Below the pieces are notes generated by a model. That model worked only from the letters and a program-made list of their open reading frames with translations. It ran no database searches and had not been told where the DNA came from. 64,000 nt of DNA. Source: an uncultured delta proteobacterium (GTDB lineage Bacteria > Myxococcota_A > Polyangia > Fen-1088). Where the stretch lies: positions 320,001 to 384,000 of the forward strand of contig CAVWIP010000010.1 in assembly GCA_963755125.1 (NCBI GenBank). Direction: 5' to 3'. This document shows, in pieces, positions 8,855 to 17,866 of the stretch. Position 1 is the stretch's first letter. The number at the start of each line of letters is the position of its first letter. Position numbers and translations under genes: made by a program.

Positions 8855-9990
8855 AGCAAGACTCGCAATCTCGCTCACCGGGTGCGCCCCGTCCCTTGTG
8901 CGTGGCCATCGTCGGCTGCGGCAAGATCGCTGACGGCCATGTCGAGGAGATCCGCAAGCTGCCCGGGCAGGCGCAGGTGGTGGCGGTCTGCGATCGGGAA
9001 GGCCTGATGGCCGAGCAACTGGCCACCCGCTTCGCTATCCCGGCCCATTACGACGATTTCGCGCAATTGCTGGAACGGGAGCGGCCGGACGTAGTCCACA
9101 TCACCACGCCGCCGCAGTCGCACGCGGCCCTGGCGCTGCAAGCCCTGGCTGCAGGCTGCCACGTGTACGTGGAGAAACCCTTCGCCCTCGACGGTGCCCA
9201 GGCGGCCCAGATGGTGGCGGCCGCGCAAAGTCAGCAGCGCAAGATCACCGTCGGCCATTCCTATTTCTTCGACCCACCCGCCTTGCAGTTGCGCCGCCTG
9301 GTGGCCGAGGGTGCGCTGGGCGAGCCGGTGCACGTGGAGAGTTTCTACGGCTACGACCTGGGCGGCGCTTTTGGCAAGGCGCTGCTCGCCGATACCAGCC
9401 ATTGGGTGCACGGCCTTCCCGGCAAGCTGTTTCACAACATCATCGACCACATGCTCAACAAGATCCTCGAGTTCGTGCCCGACGAGGTTCCCCAGGTGAC
9501 CGCGCTGGCGAGCAGCCTGCGGCCCGAGCGCTTCGGCGACGAGCGCGACGCCATGATGGACGAGTTGCGCGTGCTGGTGTGGGGCCAGCGGGTCACCGGG
9601 TACGGGACTTTCTCGTCGCACATCCGGCCCGCGGGCCACCTGGTTCGCGTCTACGGTACGCGCAACACCGCGCATGTCGATCTGGTGGCCCGCACCGTCA
9701 CCCTGCAAGCCAGTCCCAAACTGCCCAGCGCCATCGGCCGCCTGCTGCCGCCCTTCGAGCAGGCCGGCGCGCTGGTCGGGCAGGGTTGGTCCAACCTGGG
9801 CCGCTTTCTGCACTCCGATTTCCAGTATTTCGCGGGCATGCGGCATCTGATGTCGCTGTTCTTCGACAGCATCGCGCACGACGGGCCGCTCCCGATTTCC
9901 TACCGCGACATCCTGCGCATCACCAACATGATGGATGAGATCTTCCGTCAGGTGCGCGCGCAGGGCGCGGCAGCGGAGGGCAGCGCATGA
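8851..9990 (+). CDS. Gfo/Idh/MocA oxidoreductase
   Basis: AIVGCGKIA, DVVHITTPPQSH, HVYVEKP. ATGA overlap fixes the start at 8851. Confidence 0.9.
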   Translation: MKQDSQSRSPGAPRPLCVAIVGCGKIADGHVEEIRKLPGQAQVVAVCDREGLMAEQLATRFAIPAHYDDFAQLLERERPDVVHITTPPQSHAALALQALAAGCHVYVEKPFALDGAQAAQMVAAAQSQQRKITVGHSYFFDPPALQLRRLVAEGALGEPVHVESFYGYDLGGAFGKALLADTSHWVHGLPGKLFHNIIDHMLNKILEFVPDEVPQVTALASSLRPERFGDERDAMMDELRVLVWGQRVTGYGTFSSHIRPAGHLVRVYGTRNTAHVDLVARTVTLQASPKLPSAIGRLLPPFEQAGALVGQGWSNLGRFLHSDFQYFAGMRHLMSLFFDSIAHDGPLPISYRDILRITNMMDEIFRQVRAQGAAAEGSA

Positions 9991-10988
9991 CGACGTTGGT
10001 GACAGGCGCGACGGGATTCCTGGGCGGCGCTCTTGTCGAGCGCCTGCTCGCCCATGGCAGCGAGCGCATTCGCTGCCTGGTGCGGGCGAGTTCCCGCGCG
10101 GTTCGGCTCGAACGGCTTGCGGCCACCCAGGGTGCGGTGTCTCTCGTGCGAGGCAGCTTGACCAGCCCGGACGCCGCGCTCGCTGCGCTCGGCGATGCGG
10201 ACGTGGTGTACCACCTGGCCGCTGGCACCGGTGGCGCGGCTGCGGATCTCTTCTTGAATTCCGTGGTGGCATCGAAGAATCTTCTCGAGGCCCTTGTCCG
10301 CCGGCCGCAGCCGCCCAAGCTGGTGCTGGTCAGCTCGTTCGGTGTGTACGGCACGGCCGGACTGCCGCGCGGAGCGCTGGTTGACGAGGACACTCCGATC
10401 GAGTCCCATCCCGAACAGCGCGATCTCTACTCGCATGCCAAGTGGCGGCAGGAGACGTTGGTCCGCGAATACCACGCACGGCATGGTTTCCCTCTGGTCG
10501 TCGTGCGTCCCGGCGTGATCTACGGCCCGGGCGGAGTACCCATCTCGAACCGTGTCGGGCTGAACCTGGCTGGCCTCTTCCTTCACCTGGGCGGCGACAA
10601 TCTGCTGCCGCTCACTTATGTCGACAACTGTGCCGAGGCCATCGTCGTGGCTGGTCAGCGGGGCGCGAGCGACGGAGCTTCTTACAACGTGGTAGACGAC
10701 GATTTGCCCACCTGTGCTGACTATCTTCGCCGGTACCAAAGTGAGGTTCGTCCCCTGCGGGCGGTTCGCATGCCCTACCCGGTCACCAGGGCCATGTCCT
10801 GGCTGTACCAGCGCTACCACCAACACTCCCAGGGTCAGCTTCCCGCGCTGTTCACGCCCTACCGAACCGCAACGAGTTGGGGTGGAAACCGCTTCAGCAA
10901 CGCCAAGCTCAAGAGTCTGGGCTGGCAACCCATCGTCTCAACCGACGAAGGCCTGCGCCGCACCTTCGCGGCCCTCGCGGGCGGCTGA
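9987..10988 (+). CDS. NAD-dependent epimerase/dehydratase
   Basis: VTGATGFLG, VYHLAA, YSHAK (YxxxK), RPGVIYGP. Confidence 0.9.
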   Translation: MTTLVTGATGFLGGALVERLLAHGSERIRCLVRASSRAVRLERLAATQGAVSLVRGSLTSPDAALAALGDADVVYHLAAGTGGAAADLFLNSVVASKNLLEALVRRPQPPKLVLVSSFGVYGTAGLPRGALVDEDTPIESHPEQRDLYSHAKWRQETLVREYHARHGFPLVVVRPGVIYGPGGVPISNRVGLNLAGLFLHLGGDNLLPLTYVDNCAEAIVVAGQRGASDGASYNVVDDDLPTCADYLRRYQSEVRPLRAVRMPYPVTRAMSWLYQRYHQHSQGQLPALFTPYRTATSWGGNRFSNAKLKSLGWQPIVSTDEGLRRTFAALAGG

Positions 10989-11068
10989 AAAGAATCCACG
11001 ACGCGTCTTGCCGGCGTATGGCACGGACCGCGGCCCGCGCCCCAATCCTTGCCATCGCGTTTCGCACG

Positions 11069-12577
11069 ATGCAACCTCCGGCCATGGCTCGTGCGCGGTT
11101 GACCGGACCAGTTGCTCTCCTGGCGGCGGCTTCACTCGCCGGCTGTTCGCTGGCTGCGCACGCGGCTGGCGACACGGCCGCGGAGGCTGGATGTCCGGCT
11201 GGCCGGGGCCGGACCTACGAAGTGGGGCCGCAGGGTCGCCTGCAACGGCTGGCCGATGTTCCGTGGTCGTCCCTGGGCCCGGGGGATCGCGTTCTTGTGC
11301 ACTGGCGCCCCGAACCGTATCGCGAACAGGTTCTCGTCTCGGCCCAGGGCACGGCCGCGCAGCCGATCCGTATCTGCGGCGTTCCCGGCCCGCAGGGCCA
11401 GCTTCCGGTGATCACGGGTCAGGATGCCCGCACGGTTCGCGCACTGGAACTCCCCTACCCGCCCACGCAGGAACGCGGAGTCGTGGTGGTGAGCCAGCGC
11501 GAAAGCCAAGCCTGGGGCGTCAAGCCCCGTCATGTCGTGCTGGAAGGGCTGGACCTGCGGGGCGCCCACCCGAGATACACTTTTACCGACCAGACGGGAA
11601 AACGCCGGCGCTTCTCCACCAGCGCCGCCGCACTCTTCATCGAACGGGGCGAGCACATCGTGGTCCGCCATTGCACGCTGACCGACTCGGCCAACGGTCT
11701 TTTCGTGGCCTCCGGCGATTCGGAAGAAGTGGTATCGCGTGACATCCTGGCCGAGGGAAACCATATCTACGGCAACGGGATTGCGGGTTCCTACTACCAG
11801 CACAATGCCTACACCGAGGCGGTCGGGATGGTGTATCAGTACAACCGATTCGGGTCACTGCGACCCGGCGCCGGCGGCAACGCTCTCAAGGACCGCTCGG
11901 CCGGTACGGTGATCCGCTACAACTGGATCGAGGGCGGGGCCCATCTGCTCGATCTGGTCGAGGCCGAGGAAAGTTCAGGGATCACCAAGTTGGATCCGAG
12001 ATACCGGAGAACCTACGTCTACGGCAACGTCTTGCTCAACGGGCCGCTGGACGGCCCGGTCATCGTGCACTACGGGGGCGACAACGGCACTACGGCGGAC
12101 TACCGCAAGGGAACGCTTCACTTCTTCAACAACACCGTGATCATTCGCGGCGAGCAGAAGGAGCGCTGGAACACAGTGCTCTTCCGTCTGGAAACCAGCG
12201 ACGAAATGGCTGATGTGCGCAACAACATCATGTTTCGTCAGGGAAGCACGCATGTCTTCTGGCTGGACGGTCCGGGTCGTCTCCATCTTGGCACCAATTG
12301 GGCGAGCGATGGGTTCGGTCAACGGGTGGAGGCCGAAGCGGGCATGGCCCCCATCACAGGCCTCGACCGCGTCATCGTGGGCCGCGACAGCCCGTTCGCC
12401 AATGTGGACGGCGGCGATCTTCGGGTGCGGCCTGGCTCGGAAGCCTCCCGCCCTGGCGACCCGCCTGCACCCGGCGTGGCTCCCGAACACTTGCCTGCGC
12501 AGGTGTACGTGCCCCACCAGAAGGCCAGGGCGCTCTCGGTGGGGACAGCCCGCAGGGCACTGGGCGCCCTCGAGTAG
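11069..12577 (+). CDS. Right-handed beta-helix polysaccharide-degrading enzyme, lipoprotein
   Basis: Lipobox SLAGC. Asn-ladder beta-helix repeats (EGNHIYGNG, VIRYNWIEGG, VYGNV, FFNNTV, VRNNI). Start could be 11018, 11069 or 11084. Confidence 0.75.
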   Translation: MQPPAMARARLTGPVALLAAASLAGCSLAAHAAGDTAAEAGCPAGRGRTYEVGPQGRLQRLADVPWSSLGPGDRVLVHWRPEPYREQVLVSAQGTAAQPIRICGVPGPQGQLPVITGQDARTVRALELPYPPTQERGVVVVSQRESQAWGVKPRHVVLEGLDLRGAHPRYTFTDQTGKRRRFSTSAAALFIERGEHIVVRHCTLTDSANGLFVASGDSEEVVSRDILAEGNHIYGNGIAGSYYQHNAYTEAVGMVYQYNRFGSLRPGAGGNALKDRSAGTVIRYNWIEGGAHLLDLVEAEESSGITKLDPRYRRTYVYGNVLLNGPLDGPVIVHYGGDNGTTADYRKGTLHFFNNTVIIRGEQKERWNTVLFRLETSDEMADVRNNIMFRQGSTHVFWLDGPGRLHLGTNWASDGFGQRVEAEAGMAPITGLDRVIVGRDSPFANVDGGDLRVRPGSEASRPGDPPAPGVAPEHLPAQVYVPHQKARALSVGTARRALGALE

Positions 12578-12582
12578 CGCCG

Positions 12583-13293
12583 CTAGACCTTCCGCTCCAG
12601 TGTCCTTACGCACATGCCGTCGGAAACACCGACCAGAACCTTGGCAGCCATGTCGAAGAACAGCCCGGTTTCGACGACACCGGGCGTGCGGTGCAGGCGG
12701 GCGTCTACCTCGCGCAGATCGACTTCGGGGCCAAACTTTACGTCGATGACCAGTTGGCCGTTGTCAGTCACCACCGGGCCATCCTTGTTGACACCCATGC
12801 GTAGCCGCGGCTGTCCGCCTAGACGTGTCACCACATCAGTGACGTAGCCAATGGCCGGAACGGTGACTTCGATGGGGATGGCGACGGTGAATCCCAGTCG
12901 GGGAACCAGCTTGCTCTCGTCCACGATGACCACGAACTGGCTGGCCATGCTGGCCACCAGTTTCTCCATGGTGTGGGCCGCCCCGCCACCCTTTGTGACA
13001 TTGAGTTCCGGATCGACCTCGTCCGCACCGTCGACTGCCAAGTCGATCGCCCGGCAATCCTGAGCATCGCGCAGGGGAATGCCATTCTGCTGGCACAAGA
13101 CGCGCGTCTGGAAAGAGGTGGGAACACCGGAAATGCGAAGGCCCTCCTCCCTCATCTTTCGGCCGACCTCTTCGATGAAGAAACGGGCCGTCGAACCGGT
13201 GCCCATCCCACACACCATCCCGTTGACAACGAGGCTTGCGGCGGCGCGCCCCGCCAACTGCTTGAGAGCCTCGTTGCTCTTGCTGCTCTTCAT
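12583..13293 (-). CDS. rpiA: Ribose-5-phosphate isomerase A
   Basis: GMGTGST, DGADEVD, KGGGAAHTMEK, GPVVTDNG, GVVETGLF. Confidence 0.96.
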   Translation of the reverse strand: MKSSKSNEALKQLAGRAAASLVVNGMVCGMGTGSTARFFIEEVGRKMREEGLRISGVPTSFQTRVLCQQNGIPLRDAQDCRAIDLAVDGADEVDPELNVTKGGGAAHTMEKLVASMASQFVVIVDESKLVPRLGFTVAIPIEVTVPAIGYVTDVVTRLGGQPRLRMGVNKDGPVVTDNGQLVIDVKFGPEVDLREVDARLHRTPGVVETGLFFDMAAKVLVGVSDGMCVRTLERKV

Positions 13294-13343
13294 GGGTGAG
13301 CGGGCTTATAGCGCCCCGCCCATCAAAGAGGAAGGAGGAATGG

Positions 13344-14111
13344 TTAGCCTGCGCAGCGGACGCGCAGGCCCGAAAGCTCGTCGAAGAACTTGGCCGTGGT
13401 GTCTATGCTGTTCTCCAGCGATTCCACGATCAGCGTCATGAGGCCATCGTTCTCGTGGCGAAGGACTTCGTAGTAGCGCTGCCGGTCGATGGAATGGACC
13501 ACGGCGGGCAAGTACCCGTTCTGGACAAGGAGGTAGTTGGTCAAAAGACGCGCCACCTTCCCCGAGTTGCGCGTCCAGGGATAGGCCTGGAGCAGGCGGA
13601 ACTGAATCTTCACACCTTGCACGATGGGGTGCATGCGGGAGAACTCCGCTGACTCCAACCATTCCGTGAGCTTGCGCATCTTGTACCCGATCTTCTCGGG
13701 TGGCGTGATCTCATGGTAGTAGAGTCGGTGGAGTGGGTTTTCCTTGCGATATGGACATCCCTTGGGTACCGCGTCGGGCGTGACCATGGCGTAGAGCTTG
13801 CGTATGAACTCCAGATCCAGGTCGGGGGCTTTCTTCGACCGCGCGGTTTCTCGGATGAAGTCGACTGCCAGCTTGTGGTTCTTCACCTCTTCGTACATCG
13901 GGATGAGAGACACGTCGCTGATGATCCGCTGGTCGATGGCGGCCTTCAGCTCCGAGTAGGACAGCACCACCCCTTCCAGGGCGTTGTCATGGAAGATCCA
14001 TGAGACGTCGAGCTTGCTCTCGTAGTCCCTCTTCAACTTGTCCGGGAAGCCTCCGACCTTCGCGCGGAGCGCGTCCATCTTGGCGTCAAGCTCGAACAAC
14101 CTAGCTTCCAT
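13344..14111 (-). CDS. Fic-domain protein with degenerate catalytic motif
   Basis: Class II-like N-terminal FHDNALEG. YPWTRNSGKVAR replaces HPFxDGNGRxxR. AAGGAG SD before ATG 14111. Confidence 0.8.
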   Translation of the reverse strand: MEARLFELDAKMDALRAKVGGFPDKLKRDYESKLDVSWIFHDNALEGVVLSYSELKAAIDQRIISDVSLIPMYEEVKNHKLAVDFIRETARSKKAPDLDLEFIRKLYAMVTPDAVPKGCPYRKENPLHRLYYHEITPPEKIGYKMRKLTEWLESAEFSRMHPIVQGVKIQFRLLQAYPWTRNSGKVARLLTNYLLVQNGYLPAVVHSIDRQRYYEVLRHENDGLMTLIVESLENSIDTTAKFFDELSGLRVRCAG

Positions 14112-14336
14112 TGACAACCGCTCCTTCTCCTGGCTCGTGCCTTGACTACGCCTTATCGCCCAAAAGAGTCCTTTAGTCAAGCATGGTTAGCGGATTTGCC
14201 CCAATAACTTGCTGTGATTTAGGATACATAACTCAATGACAACATAATCTGCCTCGATATCGAGCATGACCCGGGCTAGTCATCTCGCCAGTCAGCAATA
14301 TGCCCGCAATTATTGGGGAAATCTTGGTCTCAAAAC

Positions 14337-14364
14337 TTGACATGGGGATCGGTGGCGGGATGAT
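14337..14364 (+). promoter_or_regulatory. Putative sigma70 promoter of the dcw cluster
   Basis: TTGACA (14337-14342), 16-nt spacer, GATGAT (14359-14364). Confidence 0.45.
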
Positions 14365-14427
14365 TGGACGCGTCTCAAAGCCATTGCATCAACGCACGAG
14401 CGCTCCACTGTATTCCACTGACTCAAC
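14343..14427. promoter_or_regulatory. MraZ-box-like repeats
   Basis: TGGGG and TGGCG at 14343/14353. TCCAC, TCCAC, TCAAC at 14404/14414/14423 (GTGGA on the minus strand), about 10-bp period. Confidence 0.45.
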
Positions 14428-14480
14428 TAGTCACATATGCTTCGTGACGCATTGATCCTGCTGGCGCGCTCAAGAAGACG

Positions 14481-15407
14481 ATGAGCCGACCCGCCCCTGA
14501 CGCTCCGCACCTCCCAGTCCTCCTTGAGGAGGCCTTGAGCTTTCTGTGTCCAAGGGACTCGGGCCAGTACTGCGACGCCACTGTGGGCGTTGGCGGCCAT
14601 TCTCGCGCGATCATCGAGCGCTCAACTCCTCACGGTCGACTCATCGGAATCGATCGCGACGCTGAGGTACTCAAGCTGGCGAGCGAGAACTTGGCGTCTT
14701 ATGGTGACCGCGTCCGATTGGTCCACGCTCCCTTCTCGCAGATTCGTTCGGTGCTGGAGCAAGCGGCCGCTCTTCCGCTCGATGGATGCATAGCTGACCT
14801 GGGCGTCTCCTCGGTTCAACTCGATCAGCCAGAACGCGGTTTCTCGTTCCGCCGATCCGGCCCCCTGGACATGCGCATGGATCGTTCGCAGGGCGAAACA
14901 GCAGGCGACCTTCTGGGACGTGTGGACGAGGAAGAACTGGCGCGCCTCCTGCATGACCTAGGAGAAGAGCGGTTCGCTCGCAGGATCGCAGGTGCCGTGA
15001 CCCGTGCGCGCGAGAATGGTGAACTGACCACCACGGGAGCCCTTGCCGGCCTAGTGGCTCGCTCGGTTCCTGGTCGAGAGTCACACAAGGATCCCGCGAC
15101 TCGGGTCTTCCAGGCCTTGCGAATCGCCGTCAACGACGAATTGGGCGAGTTGGATCGCTTCCTGCAGGATGTGCCCGGCTGTCTGCGGCCAGGTGGCCGC
15201 TTGGTGGTCATTGCCTTCCACTCGCTGGAGGACCGCATGGTCAAGCGCAGCTTCAGGGCGCTGGCATCAAGGGACGCGGCCGAGCCTGGTGCTCCGCGCT
15301 TCCGCATCCTGACCAAACATGTGGTCAGAGCCTCTGAAAGCGAGGTCGCGCGCAATCCCCGCGCCCGTTCCGCGAAGCTGCGCGCAGCAGAAAGGCTTCC
15401 TTCGTGA
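14481..15407 (+). CDS. rsmH: 16S rRNA m4C1402 methyltransferase
   Basis: HLPVLLEE, DATVGVGGHS, DLGVSSVQLD, PLDMRMD, FQALRIAVNDEL, NPRARSAKLR. Confidence 0.97.
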   Translation: MSRPAPDAPHLPVLLEEALSFLCPRDSGQYCDATVGVGGHSRAIIERSTPHGRLIGIDRDAEVLKLASENLASYGDRVRLVHAPFSQIRSVLEQAAALPLDGCIADLGVSSVQLDQPERGFSFRRSGPLDMRMDRSQGETAGDLLGRVDEEELARLLHDLGEERFARRIAGAVTRARENGELTTTGALAGLVARSVPGRESHKDPATRVFQALRIAVNDELGELDRFLQDVPGCLRPGGRLVVIAFHSLEDRMVKRSFRALASRDAAEPGAPRFRILTKHVVRASESEVARNPRARSAKLRAAERLPS

Positions 15408-15769
15408 AATCGCATCTTCCGCCCTGCGCTTCGACCGAGGCGGCACCTCCCATTCTGGATCCTGGTCGGCGCAGACAGCGCGCGAGCCTGGCGGTGATCA
15501 GCTTCGTGATTCTGGGACTGAGTCTTGGCGCCCTCGGCCATGTGGCGGTGCATGCCAAACGTTTGGAAGTCGCGCTGGCGCTCGGTGATGCGGAGCGCGT
15601 TCATCGCGAACTGGCTGAGCAAAGGCGTCGGCTGGAGATCGAGATCGGGATGTTGAAGGATCCAGGCCGTGTGATCGCCATCGCGCGGGACCAGTTGCTC
15701 ATGCGGCCAGCCGCGCCGGAGAACATCCGGCAGATAGGAACCACGGCGCCCGGGAAAGGAATGCACTGA
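15404..15769 (+). CDS. ftsL: Cell division protein FtsL
   Basis: Single TM plus coiled coil, positioned between rsmH and ftsI. Confidence 0.75.
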   Translation: MKSHLPPCASTEAAPPILDPGRRRQRASLAVISFVILGLSLGALGHVAVHAKRLEVALALGDAERVHRELAEQRRRLEIEIGMLKDPGRVIAIARDQLLMRPAAPENIRQIGTTAPGKGMH

Positions 15770-15772
15770 GGC

Positions 15773-17863
15773 ATGCCGACCCGCTGGACACGCGTGCGCA
15801 TCGTCTCGTGCGGGCTGGTGCTGCTCGGGCTCGCGTCTCTGGTGGGCCGCCGCGCTCTCCAACTCCAGGTTCACGAAGCCGTGCAGCTTCGGGAATGGGC
15901 TGAAAACAACTACCTGCGTGAGGTCGAGATCGCTCCCCGCCGAGGCCGCATTCTGGACCGACGCGGGGCCGAACTCGCCTCGACGACGGATCTGGACTCG
16001 ATATTCTGCAACCCGCGCCAAATCGCCTTCGTACCCGACGCGGTTCCCCGGCTGGCCAAGGCGGTGAACCTGGACCCGCGGGAACTCGACAAGATGTTGT
16101 CGACGCGGAAGTCACAGTACTTCGCCTGGGTCAAACGGCGGGTATCGCCGCAAGAGAGCGCGGCGGCGCTAGCTCTGGGCTTGCCAGGGGTCAGTGTGCG
16201 CAAAGAGCCGCGCCGCGTGTATCTCAACGGCGAGCTGGCCTCGACCGTGATTGGCCACGCGGGCCTGGATGGCCGTGGACTGGAGGGGGTGGAGCTGGAG
16301 TACGACGAATCCCTGCGAGGCAGCGGGATGGAAGTCACCGGCATACGCGATCGGCTCGGCCGGGACTTGCTCATGGAGGGCACCGTCGACGCGTCGGCCA
16401 ACGCGGGCAAGGATCTGGTGCTGACCCTGGACAAGTACCTGACCTACTTGACCGAGCGGGCTCTTGAGGAAGCAGTCAGCAAGCACGGCGCCAAGGCGGC
16501 CACGTCGGTCATGATCGATCCGCGCACGGGCGAGATCCTGGCCATGGCCAGCGTGCCTGGCTACAACCCAAACAATCCCTCGGACGCAGCAGAGCGGGGC
16601 GCGCGCAACCGGGCCATCGCGGACGCCTACGAGCCGGGATCCATCATGAAGACGGTGACCTTCTCTGCTGCGTTCGACGCAGGCAAGCTGAGGCCGGAGG
16701 ACCGCTTCGACTGTCAGATGGGGCAGATGCAGGTTGGCAAGTACCACATCCGCGACGACCACCCCAAGGGTGTGCTGACCGCAGCCGAGGTCTTCAAGTA
16801 TTCGAGCAACATCGGCACCGTGAAAATTGCCCGCCGCGTCGGCAAGGAAACCCTGGCCCGCATGATCGACCGGCTGGGCTTCGGTCGACCCACCGGGGTG
16901 GGCCTGCCAGGCGAGCGACGAGGGACGGTACGGCCGGTCTCGCGCTGGGGCGAGATTGAACTGGCCACGCAGGCCTTTGGCCAGGGTCTGACCGTCACCC
17001 CGCTGCAGATGGCGACCGCGTACGCGGCCATAGCGTCGGGCGGCGTTTATCACCCGCCCAGGCTGGCAACTCGCTTGGTCAGCTCCGACGGCCACAGTGA
17101 GCCGGTGCCCCTGCCCCCAGGCGCACGCGCTGAAACGCGCGTGCTGTCCGAAAGCACGGCGCGCACCATGCTGACCATCATGCAAGGCGTGACCGAAGAC
17201 GGGACGGCCAAGCTGGCCGCGATCCCCGGCTATCCCGTGGCGGGCAAGACCGGCACCGCTCAGAAGGTCAGCAACGGCCGTTACGATCCCAGCAAGTACC
17301 TGGCCGCCTTCGTCGGTATCGTGCCGGCCGACAACCCGCGTGTGGTCATTGCGGTCATGGTCGACGAGCCCCACGGCGTACACTACGGCGGCCTGGTCGC
17401 CGCTCCGGTATTCAAGGAGATCGCCGAGGCAACCCTGCGCTACCTCGGCGTGCCGCCATCGACCTCGCTGGTCGCGAGCGTCGCCCGGCCCGGCAAGAAC
17501 ATCGACGCAAAGAACGAACCGACTCAACATCGCGAGGCCGACACCAGCGAGATGGAAGGTCCGGGTGTTGACGAGCCCGTCGCGTCGGTGGGCGACGCCC
17601 AGGACGAGGATGCGCCAGAGGTCGCCTCGATCGATGAGCAGTCCGACGCTGCGACCAACGGGCAAGTTGCAGCCGATCGCAAACTCGACGCCGCCATTCC
17701 GGATTTTGTCGGCATGACCTTGGGCCAAGCCGTCCGAGCCGCGCGGCGCGCGGGCATCGAGCTTGTTCCCGAGGGAAGTGGCATCGCGGCCACGCAAATT
17801 CCTGCGCCCGGCCCCGGGCTGCGGGGCACGCCCTGTCGGGTTTCGTTCCGAAGCGGAGGATGA
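15773..17863 (+). CDS. ftsI: Class B penicillin-binding protein (PBP3) with C-terminal PASTA-like domain
   Basis: RRGRILDRRG, YEPGSIMK (SxxK), SSN, GKTGTAQK. Acidic linker then PDFVGMT. Confidence 0.95.
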   Translation: MPTRWTRVRIVSCGLVLLGLASLVGRRALQLQVHEAVQLREWAENNYLREVEIAPRRGRILDRRGAELASTTDLDSIFCNPRQIAFVPDAVPRLAKAVNLDPRELDKMLSTRKSQYFAWVKRRVSPQESAAALALGLPGVSVRKEPRRVYLNGELASTVIGHAGLDGRGLEGVELEYDESLRGSGMEVTGIRDRLGRDLLMEGTVDASANAGKDLVLTLDKYLTYLTERALEEAVSKHGAKAATSVMIDPRTGEILAMASVPGYNPNNPSDAAERGARNRAIADAYEPGSIMKTVTFSAAFDAGKLRPEDRFDCQMGQMQVGKYHIRDDHPKGVLTAAEVFKYSSNIGTVKIARRVGKETLARMIDRLGFGRPTGVGLPGERRGTVRPVSRWGEIELATQAFGQGLTVTPLQMATAYAAIASGGVYHPPRLATRLVSSDGHSEPVPLPPGARAETRVLSESTARTMLTIMQGVTEDGTAKLAAIPGYPVAGKTGTAQKVSNGRYDPSKYLAAFVGIVPADNPRVVIAVMVDEPHGVHYGGLVAAPVFKEIAEATLRYLGVPPSTSLVASVARPGKNIDAKNEPTQHREADTSEMEGPGVDEPVASVGDAQDEDAPEVASIDEQSDAATNGQVAADRKLDAAIPDFVGMTLGQAVRAARRAGIELVPEGSGIAATQIPAPGPGLRGTPCRVSFRSGG

Positions 17864-17866
17864 ACC

